Positions 1-8,403 of a DNA stretch of 41,564 nucleotides are shown piece by piece. The translations under genes were made by a program, and so were the position numbers. The notes below the pieces were generated by a model. The model was not told where the DNA came from. It searched no databases and saw only the letters and a list, made by a program, of their open reading frames with translations. This DNA comes from Promethearchaeota archaeon (GTDB taxonomy: Archaea; Asgardarchaeota; Lokiarchaeia; Sigyniarchaeales; SOKP01), in assembly GCA_048939015.1 (NCBI GenBank), contig JBHLPW010000047.1:1-41564 (forward strand). The letters run 5' to 3'. Position 1 is the stretch's first letter. Every line of letters starts with the position of its first letter.

Positions 1-15
1 TAATATGTGTTTTTT

Positions 16-47
16 AAAATCAGTAAAGCCAAATAAGTACTGATTTT
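16..47. other. Inverted repeat (possible terminator or protein-binding site)
   Basis: AAAATCAGTA (16-25) / TACTGATTTT (38-47), 12-nt loop, downstream of the 165..1280 gene. Confidence 0.35.
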
Positions 48-164
48 TTAATTTTTATATTTTAATAATAGAACCTGTCTATACACAAAATAATGAACCT
101 AAAAAATACTTAAAAAACAGTTATACCAAAAGTAAATCCTAACAATTCTATAATAAAAAATCAA

Positions 165-1280
165 TCAAAGCTTACTTTTTAGGATATAAAAAATAAGTTT
201 ATGACTCTTACCAACTCTTTTGGATTTTAATCCTTTTTCTTTTTCAAATTTTTTCAATCTGGTCATTGCAACTTTATAAGTGTTGTTGATTAGTGTTGCG
301 TATTCTGGTATTGTTATTTCATTATTATTGTTAATAAGGTATTTTCTTAAATGACCAAATGGAGTTAATTCCATTGATTTGTTTATTTGTATAAATTTCT
401 CTATATCTTCTTTTATGAGTTCAAGATCAAAGTGATTACTATATATATCAATATCATATTCTCTACATGGATGGTTTTTAATTTTACGATGTGGATTGTT
501 AGGATCAGTAGAAAGTTCATCAATTATCTCATTACTTAGTCTATTTGAAAAAAATGCTATTTGTCGTGTAATTAGATACTTCTTACTCAGATATTTCTGG
601 AGTATTTCTATATGTTTTAACGTATATTTATTAAAATCAGAATCTCGTAAATTAATTAATATATTTGCGATTTCCTTACATCTGTCCAAAAATTTTTGAT
701 TCATTTCAGGAGTATCTGCTAACTCATATCGCTCTGGATTTTGTTTTGTAATAGAATCATCCCCATACCAATAACCTTGGTCATTTTTTATTCTTTTAGG
801 TGTTCCAGTTTCTTCAAAATATGTATCATATTCTATTTCTATTTTTAAATAATATTCATCATCATAGTTTAGTGGAGAATCATCTTTCATGTGCAATTCC
901 TCATAAAAACTCATTGGTTTTATGTTTGTATATCCCTTTCTTCTCCTATTAAGCTTGGTTAATCTTTCTTCAATATTTTTCTTTTCTTTATCCTCTTTCA
1001 GCCAAATTTCAAATTGATTTTTTCTGTATTCATTTTTAACTTTTAATTTTTCTAATTCTTCTTGAAATTTTACTTTAAATTGAGTTTTTTCAAACCTCGA
1101 TAATTCATTTTGCCTATGCACATACTCATTAATTTCTTTATACTTATCTTCTTTACAAAATTCATCATATTTAATTTTAGTAAAATTCTCTAACATCTCC
1201 ATACATTCAAACATATTTAAAAAAAAGTTGCGAATGTCTTCATCTGTTAGAAAACTCAATTCACTTAATTCTTTGAACAT
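165..1280 (-). CDS. Hypothetical protein, coiled-coil N-half, C-terminal winged-helix-like DNA-binding domain
   Basis: 371-aa ORF with GGGAGTGA RBS. C-terminus ITIPEYATLINNTYKVAMTRLKKFEKEKGL..KLIFYI has a wHTH pattern. Confidence 0.7.
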   Translation of the reverse strand: MFKELSELSFLTDEDIRNFFLNMFECMEMLENFTKIKYDEFCKEDKYKEINEYVHRQNELSRFEKTQFKVKFQEELEKLKVKNEYRKNQFEIWLKEDKEKKNIEERLTKLNRRRKGYTNIKPMSFYEELHMKDDSPLNYDDEYYLKIEIEYDTYFEETGTPKRIKNDQGYWYGDDSITKQNPERYELADTPEMNQKFLDRCKEIANILINLRDSDFNKYTLKHIEILQKYLSKKYLITRQIAFFSNRLSNEIIDELSTDPNNPHRKIKNHPCREYDIDIYSNHFDLELIKEDIEKFIQINKSMELTPFGHLRKYLINNNNEITIPEYATLINNTYKVAMTRLKKFEKEKGLKSKRVGKSHKLIFYILKSKL

Positions 1281-1316
1281 TTTGAATCACTCCCGAAAAC
1301 TCTTTTAAACCTCTAA

Positions 1317-1829
1317 TTAAAATTTTGATCCTATAAACCATCGAACCAAATAGAAAGTTCCTATTTTTAACCCAATATAAACAGCGATTAATGTCAGTAA
1401 TGTATTCTCATTAAATATTGCATACTGTAAAATACCGACGAGACCAAGTGAATAGATGATTGAGGTTATTAATGCGGTTAATATAAAAACCAATCCCAAC
1501 TTGTTTATTCCTTTATTATATTCACTCCATTTCTTAGATGTTCTTTTTACTCTTTTATTACGATCTTTTACTTTAATAAATCCATTAATTGCAATTAATG
1601 CTATAATTCTTCCACCAATACTACTCAAAATCAAAATAGGAAATACCTTAAGTAATACTAACTCAGAAAACTCTCTACTAAAAATCTCTGAAAGCAATAC
1701 TTTATTACCAGAATAAATCTTGAGAGATGTTGTCGCAAAAAAGAATATGAAAATAGATATTAGATTGTGTATACAAAAGTACCAGAACTGATCACCTGAA
1801 GCACGTTCGGATTTTCTATTTTCCCTCAT
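1317..1829 (-). CDS. Hypothetical integral membrane protein (~4 TM)
   Basis: 170-aa ORF with four hydrophobic segments and a basic central loop, co-oriented in the operon. Confidence 0.75.
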   Translation of the reverse strand: MRENRKSERASGDQFWYFCIHNLISIFIFFFATTSLKIYSGNKVLLSEIFSREFSELVLLKVFPILILSSIGGRIIALIAINGFIKVKDRNKRVKRTSKKWSEYNKGINKLGLVFILTALITSIIYSLGLVGILQYAIFNENTLLTLIAVYIGLKIGTFYLVRWFIGSKF

Positions 1830-1870
1830 AGTTGATTCATCTTACTGATTTTTCCACTTCTTATATTATA

Positions 1871-4800
1871 TTAACGTAGGATAATAAAAATCACTAATGC
1901 AACAGCAACCATAACCAAAATAGCTACTCCGATTGCAAATTTTGTGTCTGATGACAATCTAATCCTAAATTTTCGATATGCTCTATATCTACCATTTGAA
2001 GCTATCTCAGAAGTTCTATTAGTGGCACTTCGAATCTTTATATATAGCACAACACCGACTATGGCGATAATTATTGCTAAAATCCAAAATGCTATAACAG
2101 TAGCAGTATCATTTATTATAGGTTTAGGTATATCTGGAACTTCTGCTTCAAAAAAACCAAAATCTACTGTTTTTGTCTCAGGTAAATCTTCCCAATCCGA
2201 TAAATATTCACCTGTTTCTACAGATTTTAATCTATATTCTACATCCTCTTTTGGTAAATACTGTTCAATTGTATTCTGAGCTGAAACGGTTAAATAATCT
2301 ATTTTATCCTTATATTTTAATAAGACCTGAACTGATTCATTTCTATAATTGTTAATAAATTCCCATGCATCAATCTGACTCGTTAATAATGATGTATTTA
2401 ATCCAACATTAGTCCAATTAAGCAATTCACTAAACATCGTCATCTTATATAATTCAGTAAGGAAATCATTTTGTTGTAAGACAATTGAAAGATTTCCTGA
2501 AATTGTATTATTTATTAAGCTTAAAGAAGTGCCTAAATCTAATACAGCATTATAGATACTATTATTGATTAAATATACTGATGAATATACCTGTGAAACT
2601 AAATCACATATTGTATTATTTACTAATACCAAATTGTTCAAAATAGCAATTCTGGAATCATTTATATTAGTATTTGTAAGGGTGATTGAGTTATTTAACA
2701 AAATATAGTTATTTGTAATATTACTTCCAATCTCATCTATTGTTGTATCTAAATCGAATAATGCAGTATCAATTGAAATGTTCATTAATAATAGATTTGT
2801 TTCAAGCTGAGAAATCATTGTAGAAATCGTTCCATTTATCAAATATACATCATTACTTACTCCTATAACCAAATTCGAAATACTTTGATTTATTGAAATA
2901 AGATTATTCTCGATATAGACAAAAGAGGTATTCATAATATTATTGATATTAATAAATGAGGTGTTTGTAAACATATACAATGTAGAGATGTTATTTGCGA
3001 TGTTTTCTATATCTACATCTAAATTTAATAATAAATCTCCTAATGTAGAATTTACATTCGATAAATCTATATTAATATTTATTATGCTATTGTTAATTGC
3101 TGAATTCTGGTTTGTTAAATCTATTTGAACATTAGTAATCTGATTTCCTATTGTAGCATTTACATTGGCTATATTGTAAATTACCTGAGATAATACATTA
3201 TCTGAGTTAATAAGGAGAATATCATCACCACTTAAAGTATATGAATAATAGCTATAACTTCCCCCTTCATTATCAGTCAAATTGATTTTGTAGTATCCTG
3301 CAAACAGATTGAACTTGATAATTTCATTAGGAGCAATCCATTCACTCCAACTATAAGGAGATTCATAGTAGTTTGGATCTCTGGTTATATTAATATGATT
3401 AAATAGCTCTTGTTGGTTCATTATTTTTAAACTATATTCAGTTAGAATAATAGGAACATAATTATCTTCAGCTTGGACTATAAAAGAGTAATTTTTAATG
3501 CTAATATCAAATAAATCTTTAATCTCTACTGATATATTTTCACCTACATCTCTATAAAATACATTACTATAAATTAAATTGCCATCTACATAGGTTTTAT
3601 AGTTATTAAAGAAAAGATATTCTCCCTTTTGATTAGTATAAGTTAAAAAACACAATTTGGAACTATTTATCACTAAGATTTGATGACTTGAAAAAACAAA
3701 TTCGATTGACTCCTCTTTTCCATCTTTAGTATAATTAAATTTGTACGTTCCAGTGGTTAATGAAAATTTGATGATTTCTTCTGAAAAGATATTACCTGAT
3801 TTAATAATTTCAGTGTCTATGTTATTTAACTCATAATATACTGGATTATGATACTCATTTTTTATTTTTAACTTATAGACATTTAGTGTGATATCTATGA
3901 AAGTTTCCTCATATGTTTCATAGGTTTTTACTAATGCATTAAAAGAGTCATAAATCTTTAATTGTATTGAAGTGTCTATATCAACATATAAGATATTACT
4001 TGACAATCGTTTATTTGAATAAGTAAAATTCTCTAATGTGTAATTCACATAGGTAATGTAATCATTAAAATCTAAATGTTCGTTATTAGCATCAAAATAA
4101 TTCACATAGACAATATTATCATCAATACGTTTATATATTAGTGTTTGTAATGTTGCTGAGGTTTCTAATTGTTTAATTTCTTTTAAAATATCATTTTCAT
4201 AGATTTCTATGGTATAATTATTAGGATAGGAAAGAGTTAATTCTCTTCTTTCATATGGAGCTAAATAATAAGAATCTATTTCTGTATATGGTCTTGAAAT
4301 TTTTATAGAATCAATTACCAAATTCTTAGTATCATCAAACGTTCCAGTAAACTCTAATTGGTCAATAGTCATATTAGAATTAATTGTAAACATTTGAGTT
4401 CTTGTTTCAAAATTTCCATTCCCTTGACTTGAAAGGATATACGATTTCTGTTGTACACCATTATTTCGTAAATTAAAATCTATTCGGTTTGGTGATGATG
4501 TATTAAAAATTATTTCTACTTTATCATTAATATGTAAATCTAAGTTAAGATCGTCTGGATTTCTTAATGTTAATGTTTCAGTAGTATCTGTTTGACTATA
4601 TAATACTCCAGACCCTTGATATATTTTAGAGAGATAATAATAAAGTCGTGGTCTAAAATTTGGATTATAATATTCAGTATACAAGAAATCTACTTCAACA
4701 GGATCAACAGTATCTGAAATTAAATTATAATAAAAAATATTAGGATCTCCAGCATCCCATTCATACCAAGTAGCTCCAGATGATATATAAGTTTGAGAGA

Positions 4801-5356
4801 GATATGTTATTTCCGATGGTTGATTATTCCATGTTATCGTATCTTGATCAAAATCACTTGTAGTATATAGTTTAACATAACCAGTATCTGGAACAGTGGT
4901 AATAGCATAAAGTTTCAATATGGTATTAGAAGTATAATTATCAAGAAGATATGGAAGCTCTTCTTTAATAAAAGTCTCCCATTCATTATGCCAAACATGA
5001 TTACCACCAGCACCATATTCAGTATCTGGATCAGATGCTCTTACAGGTGCATCATCAGTAGGATTAACATAGAAGTCCATTACAAGATTAGAAACATCTA
5101 TTAATTTCCAACGATTTGAAATATTATTAAATGGCTGAAAATAAAGAGTGTTATATCCAGCAGATTCATCTATAAAATCCCATTTAGTAGTAATTCCTGA
5201 TTCTGATATTAGTTCTACATTAGGATCTGCTGAAAGATGTAATCCTGTTAAATCACGAGTAAAATAAGAATATTTTGGAGTAGAATTAATAAAAAATAAA
5301 GAAGGTAAACAAAAAAACACCAAAATCAATAGTATTTGAAATTTTTTATCTTTCAT
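1871..5356 (-). CDS. Large surface (glyco)protein / adhesin-spike: signal peptide, DNRLRE/CBM96-like domain, beta domains, 18-residue-repeat helical stalk, two C-terminal TM segments
   Basis: N-terminal hydrophobic signal. DDAPVRASDPDTEYG..LKLY..ITWNNQP..RPRL resembles DNRLRE domains. Asn/Ile-rich repeat stalk, many N-x-S/T sequons, two C-terminal hydrophobic helices. Confidence 0.75.
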   Translation of the reverse strand: MKDKKFQILLILVFFCLPSLFFINSTPKYSYFTRDLTGLHLSADPNVELISESGITTKWDFIDESAGYNTLYFQPFNNISNRWKLIDVSNLVMDFYVNPTDDAPVRASDPDTEYGAGGNHVWHNEWETFIKEELPYLLDNYTSNTILKLYAITTVPDTGYVKLYTTSDFDQDTITWNNQPSEITYLSQTYISSGATWYEWDAGDPNIFYYNLISDTVDPVEVDFLYTEYYNPNFRPRLYYYLSKIYQGSGVLYSQTDTTETLTLRNPDDLNLDLHINDKVEIIFNTSSPNRIDFNLRNNGVQQKSYILSSQGNGNFETRTQMFTINSNMTIDQLEFTGTFDDTKNLVIDSIKISRPYTEIDSYYLAPYERRELTLSYPNNYTIEIYENDILKEIKQLETSATLQTLIYKRIDDNIVYVNYFDANNEHLDFNDYITYVNYTLENFTYSNKRLSSNILYVDIDTSIQLKIYDSFNALVKTYETYEETFIDITLNVYKLKIKNEYHNPVYYELNNIDTEIIKSGNIFSEEIIKFSLTTGTYKFNYTKDGKEESIEFVFSSHQILVINSSKLCFLTYTNQKGEYLFFNNYKTYVDGNLIYSNVFYRDVGENISVEIKDLFDISIKNYSFIVQAEDNYVPIILTEYSLKIMNQQELFNHINITRDPNYYESPYSWSEWIAPNEIIKFNLFAGYYKINLTDNEGGSYSYYSYTLSGDDILLINSDNVLSQVIYNIANVNATIGNQITNVQIDLTNQNSAINNSIININIDLSNVNSTLGDLLLNLDVDIENIANNISTLYMFTNTSFININNIMNTSFVYIENNLISINQSISNLVIGVSNDVYLINGTISTMISQLETNLLLMNISIDTALFDLDTTIDEIGSNITNNYILLNNSITLTNTNINDSRIAILNNLVLVNNTICDLVSQVYSSVYLINNSIYNAVLDLGTSLSLINNTISGNLSIVLQQNDFLTELYKMTMFSELLNWTNVGLNTSLLTSQIDAWEFINNYRNESVQVLLKYKDKIDYLTVSAQNTIEQYLPKEDVEYRLKSVETGEYLSDWEDLPETKTVDFGFFEAEVPDIPKPIINDTATVIAFWILAIIIAIVGVVLYIKIRSATNRTSEIASNGRYRAYRKFRIRLSSDTKFAIGVAILVMVAVALVIFIILR
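2465..3166 (-). repeat. 13 tandem 18-aa protein repeats (helical stalk)
   Basis: Gap-free register NVNATIGNQITNVQIDLT / NQNSAINNSIININIDLS / NVNSTLGDLLLNLDVDIE ... LINNSIYNAVLDLGTSLS / LINNTISGNLSIVLQQND. Confidence 0.8.
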
Positions 5357-5359
5357 TTT

Positions 5360-5698
5360 TTAAACCACACTAATTATTGTATAATAATTTTCCATTAATA
5401 CCCAAATTCCAACAATATTTATGAAGATTATTCCAATCAAGAACAGTTCTTGAATACAATTGTAATTTATCTTGAAATAGATTAAAGAATTAAACATGAA
5501 AAGAGAGATAATAAGCCCAATAAATAAAATTATTAATAATATTGGATTCTGAATTATTTGAGTAGCGAATGGATTTAATTCTTGAAAATTATTTTTGCTT
5601 ATCCAATAAAAAGTAGTTATAACATCTGTTATTTTTAAGAAAATATAGCTTATTACAAAGAAATTATTAATTAAAAACACGAGTTTTTCATTTTTCAT
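5360..5698 (-). CDS. DUF5658-like small membrane protein
   Basis: 112 aa, 3 TM, motif DVITT....ELNP typical of DUF5658. GGAGTGA RBS. Confidence 0.7.
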   Translation of the reverse strand: MKNEKLVFLINNFFVISYIFLKITDVITTFYWISKNNFQELNPFATQIIQNPILLIILFIGLIISLFMFNSLIYFKINYNCIQELFLIGIIFINIVGIWVLMENYYTIISVV

Positions 5699-5703
5699 CT
5701 ACT

Positions 5704-5862
5704 TCACTCCTTTACATTTAGTTCTTTCCTTAAAATCTCATCTACAACATTCTCTATTGTATTACCTTCATCTACAGCTCTCTTCTTTAGTATTCCATGT
5801 ACTTCTTCATCCAGATGAACTGATTTCTTATTATACGGAGATGATCTTTCTTTAGATGACAT
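5704..5862 (-). CDS. Ribbon-helix-helix (CopG/Arc-like) regulator, not in the ORF track
   Basis: Manual translation MSSKERSSPYNKKSVHLDEEVHGILKKRAVDEGNTIENVVDEILRKELNVKE (52 aa) shows the RHH strand-helix-G-helix pattern. Its stop codon overlaps the RBS of the next gene. Confidence 0.85.
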   Translation of the reverse strand: MSSKERSSPYNKKSVHLDEEVHGILKKRAVDEGNTIENVVDEILRKELNVKE

Positions 5863-5901
5863 TTTTTGAAAATTTTATAATTTTATAATTTTATAAAATA
5901 A

Positions 5902-6013
5902 ATTTCTATGAGTACATATAAATATATGTCTTTAAAATAAGCTCTACTAAACCAATTTCTCACTTCTATGAAACTTTATAAATATAAATAGTCTAATGAT
6001 AAGTATATTAATA
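5902..6013. promoter_or_regulatory. Duplicated promoter cassette, copy 1
   Basis: Aligns with 7662-7782. Contains a minus-strand TTTATATG box upstream of the RHH gene and a plus-strand GAAACTTTATAA box. Confidence 0.65.
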
Positions 6014-6097
6014 AATTCTTAATATTAGTAATTTAGTTCTACAATCATACAATTTCAATAATTAAATTTTTCAAAAAATAGATATAATATAAAAAAA

Positions 6098-7585
6098 CTA
6101 TTTTCTTCTTCTTAATATTGTTTCAATTTCCTTTCTTCGTTGTCTTCCTTTTATAATTGGAACACCAACATAAATGAATAAAACAATTCCACCTACAACT
6201 ATCAATATTACAATTATCCATGTTATTATATCAAAATCACCAAATAAACCTCCTGCCTCAGTTGTATGGGTTTCGCCACCTCCAAATCCATCAACAGTAG
6301 TTAGCCATAATAATAGATCGTAATATTCAGCTGGAAAACTAAGATCATAATCCTCAATATCATCAGAACCAACATCTATTTTGTATGAACAGAAAACATC
6401 AAAAACCACCTTGATCTTCGTTTGAATATACCGATTTGTACAATGTAATGCTACTGGTTTTGTATAAGACTGATCGTTTTGAGTATTACTATGCTCTTTT
6501 ATACCTATATGTAAAAACGCATCCCAATAATCTATTGAACGATAAAAAATGTATCTGAAAGATAATGTCCCATAGTATTCCATGACAAGTGGACTTAATG
6601 AACCAATATGATAAATGAACTTACAGTCTTTCATTGATGTTTGCTTCACTTCTGGATTCCAAATAGGATCTCCATTTTTAGTAGTTGGATTCATAGAACT
6701 TCCTGCAGTTTGTGGTAATATACCACCATCCCAACTGTTTTGTGGAGTAGTAGGAATATTTAACTGTATATTTGGATTATAATATGCATCAAAAGTTCTG
6801 GTTTTGCTTCTAATATTATTCATTATTGATGAAGTGGGATTTTGCATACTACTATATTCTTCTTCATAGTCTCGTGGTGTTATTCCAACAACAGTAGGAA
6901 CAGAATTGTCTAATTTACCATATACATTATCTACAACTGCAACTGAAGAAACAGCGATATAATCAAAATTCTTAGTAAGAGAATCTCCAGAAACAGTATT
7001 AAAATTAGGAAGTAAATTCTGTGCAATATCAAAAGACATAACTAAATCACCACCAAAATCACTGTGGAGAGAGTTCCACTGTTTTATATTCCCGAAATCA
7101 TAATGATTCCATGTGACATATTCTTCCCAGCCATGCATTACATCTCCCATAAGTCCAAGATGTTGATATTTTGCTACCAGATACTCCTCTTTTACTTGTT
7201 CTAACTTATTATTTTCAGCACAATCTACAACATCCAATGTAGTATACATATTAACTTTGCTTGTCATAGCAACCTTATATCTTATATAAGCATTATCTCC
7301 ATCTGTATAAATGTCTAATAATTCTATATCATCAGGATAAATATTCCAAGAAGCTTGAGACTCGAACTGGAGTTTTTGATTAATTGCCTGTCCTGATAAA
7401 CTTACTGAACTTCCATCGAATGTTTCAAATTTAAAATTCTTTATTAAATCATTCGAAACAATATATGTATCTCCTTCAGCAAATGGACTGAATCCTGTAA
7501 TCGATATACCAGCTATAAGTATTAAAGAAACGACAAAAATTGAAATGAATAGAACTTTTTTGGATTTAGATTTTTTCGATTTCAC
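6098..7585 (-). CDS. Membrane-anchored beta-rich protein (signal peptide + C-terminal TM); candidate spike/fusogen
   Basis: 495 aa, GTG start with GAGGAG RBS. N-terminal signal, ~410-aa ectodomain with 4 Cys, C-terminal TM plus basic tail. Function is inference only. Confidence 0.7.
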   Translation of the reverse strand: MKSKKSKSKKVLFISIFVVSLILIAGISITGFSPFAEGDTYIVSNDLIKNFKFETFDGSSVSLSGQAINQKLQFESQASWNIYPDDIELLDIYTDGDNAYIRYKVAMTSKVNMYTTLDVVDCAENNKLEQVKEEYLVAKYQHLGLMGDVMHGWEEYVTWNHYDFGNIKQWNSLHSDFGGDLVMSFDIAQNLLPNFNTVSGDSLTKNFDYIAVSSVAVVDNVYGKLDNSVPTVVGITPRDYEEEYSSMQNPTSSIMNNIRSKTRTFDAYYNPNIQLNIPTTPQNSWDGGILPQTAGSSMNPTTKNGDPIWNPEVKQTSMKDCKFIYHIGSLSPLVMEYYGTLSFRYIFYRSIDYWDAFLHIGIKEHSNTQNDQSYTKPVALHCTNRYIQTKIKVVFDVFCSYKIDVGSDDIEDYDLSFPAEYYDLLLWLTTVDGFGGGETHTTEAGGLFGDFDIITWIIVILIVVGGIVLFIYVGVPIIKGRQRRKEIETILRRRK

Positions 7586-7661
7586 TATGAGTTCTCCTCT
7601 CTTTTAAGTATTATTTTTACTATTTACTTTTCCTTTAAATTATTATAATATTATAAAAGAG

Positions 7662-7782
7662 ATTTCTATAAAAACATTTAAATATTTGTACTTATGATAT
7701 ATAAAATAGAACCCATTAATCCACTTTCTTATTTTTGTGAAACTTTATAAGCATAATTAGTCTAAGAATAATTAAATTAATA
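7662..7782. promoter_or_regulatory. Duplicated promoter cassette, copy 2
   Basis: 7715-7782 aligns ungapped to 5946-6013 (54/68 identical by hand count). Minus-strand TTTAAATG box upstream of the 495-aa gene. Confidence 0.65.
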
Positions 7783-7971
7783 TAATTTTAAAAATAATTA
7801 TTCAGCTTTCTATTTACCAAATTTTAGTACTGAATTTCATTGAAAATAGGTTCTTTTTTTAAAAAGGTGAATATTATATCATTTTTTTAAAAAAACGAGC
7901 TAAAACAGGCTAAAAACAGGTATAAATGGATGTAATAAAAATAGAGCTAATACGTTTTTATAATAAAAGAA

Positions 7972-8356
7972 TATAAAATAGGAGTAGAAAGCTGGAAACT
8001 ATTATAAAATATCTTTTTGAAAAAAGATATAAAATAAAAAAATAAAATATGATTTTAATAATTATATTTTATATGTTTTTTTAAAGCGGAATTTTCTAAG
8101 TCAAAATATTTAAAGAATAAAAATTTTTTTCTGAAAAATATATCTCATCATATATAATACACAAATTTATGTTGCGAGCTTATTGACTACATGGTTATTT
8201 AATTTCTTTTTTGATTTATGGTATTATTTTTCAAAAAAGTTAAAAAATGATTAAACTTTATAAAATAGGAGTAGAAAGCTTATAAGGAGTTTTTTGAAAA
8301 AAGATATAAAATATAATGGGATATATTCTTTATTATATTTTATATGTTTTTTTAAA
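7972..8356. repeat. Three-block direct repeat in a non-coding region (candidate origin/iterons)
   Basis: TATAAAATAGGAGTAGAAAGCT (7972-7993, 8259-8280), TTTTTGAAAAAAGATATAAAATA (8014-8036, 8291-8313), ATTATATTTTATATGTTTTTTTAAA (8061-8085, 8332-8356). Confidence 0.85.
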
Positions 8357-8403
8357 TAACCCGTAGGATTAAGATGGAGTAAAAAAGAATAAATCTATTT
8401 GCT

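Noticed and set aside
496-3128. Short plus-strand ORFs within the element (496, 1456, 1944, 2173, 2943)
   Set aside because: All are antisense to longer coherent genes, with no RBS or motifs
5360-5698. Spindle-shaped virus major capsid protein
   Set aside because: Small and hydrophobic, but the D..TT/E.NP motif and 3-TM layout fit DUF5658 better than the two-helix fusellovirus-type capsid protein
7972-8356. Possible CRISPR array
   Set aside because: Only two copies of three different blocks; no regular repeat-spacer periodicity and no cas genes
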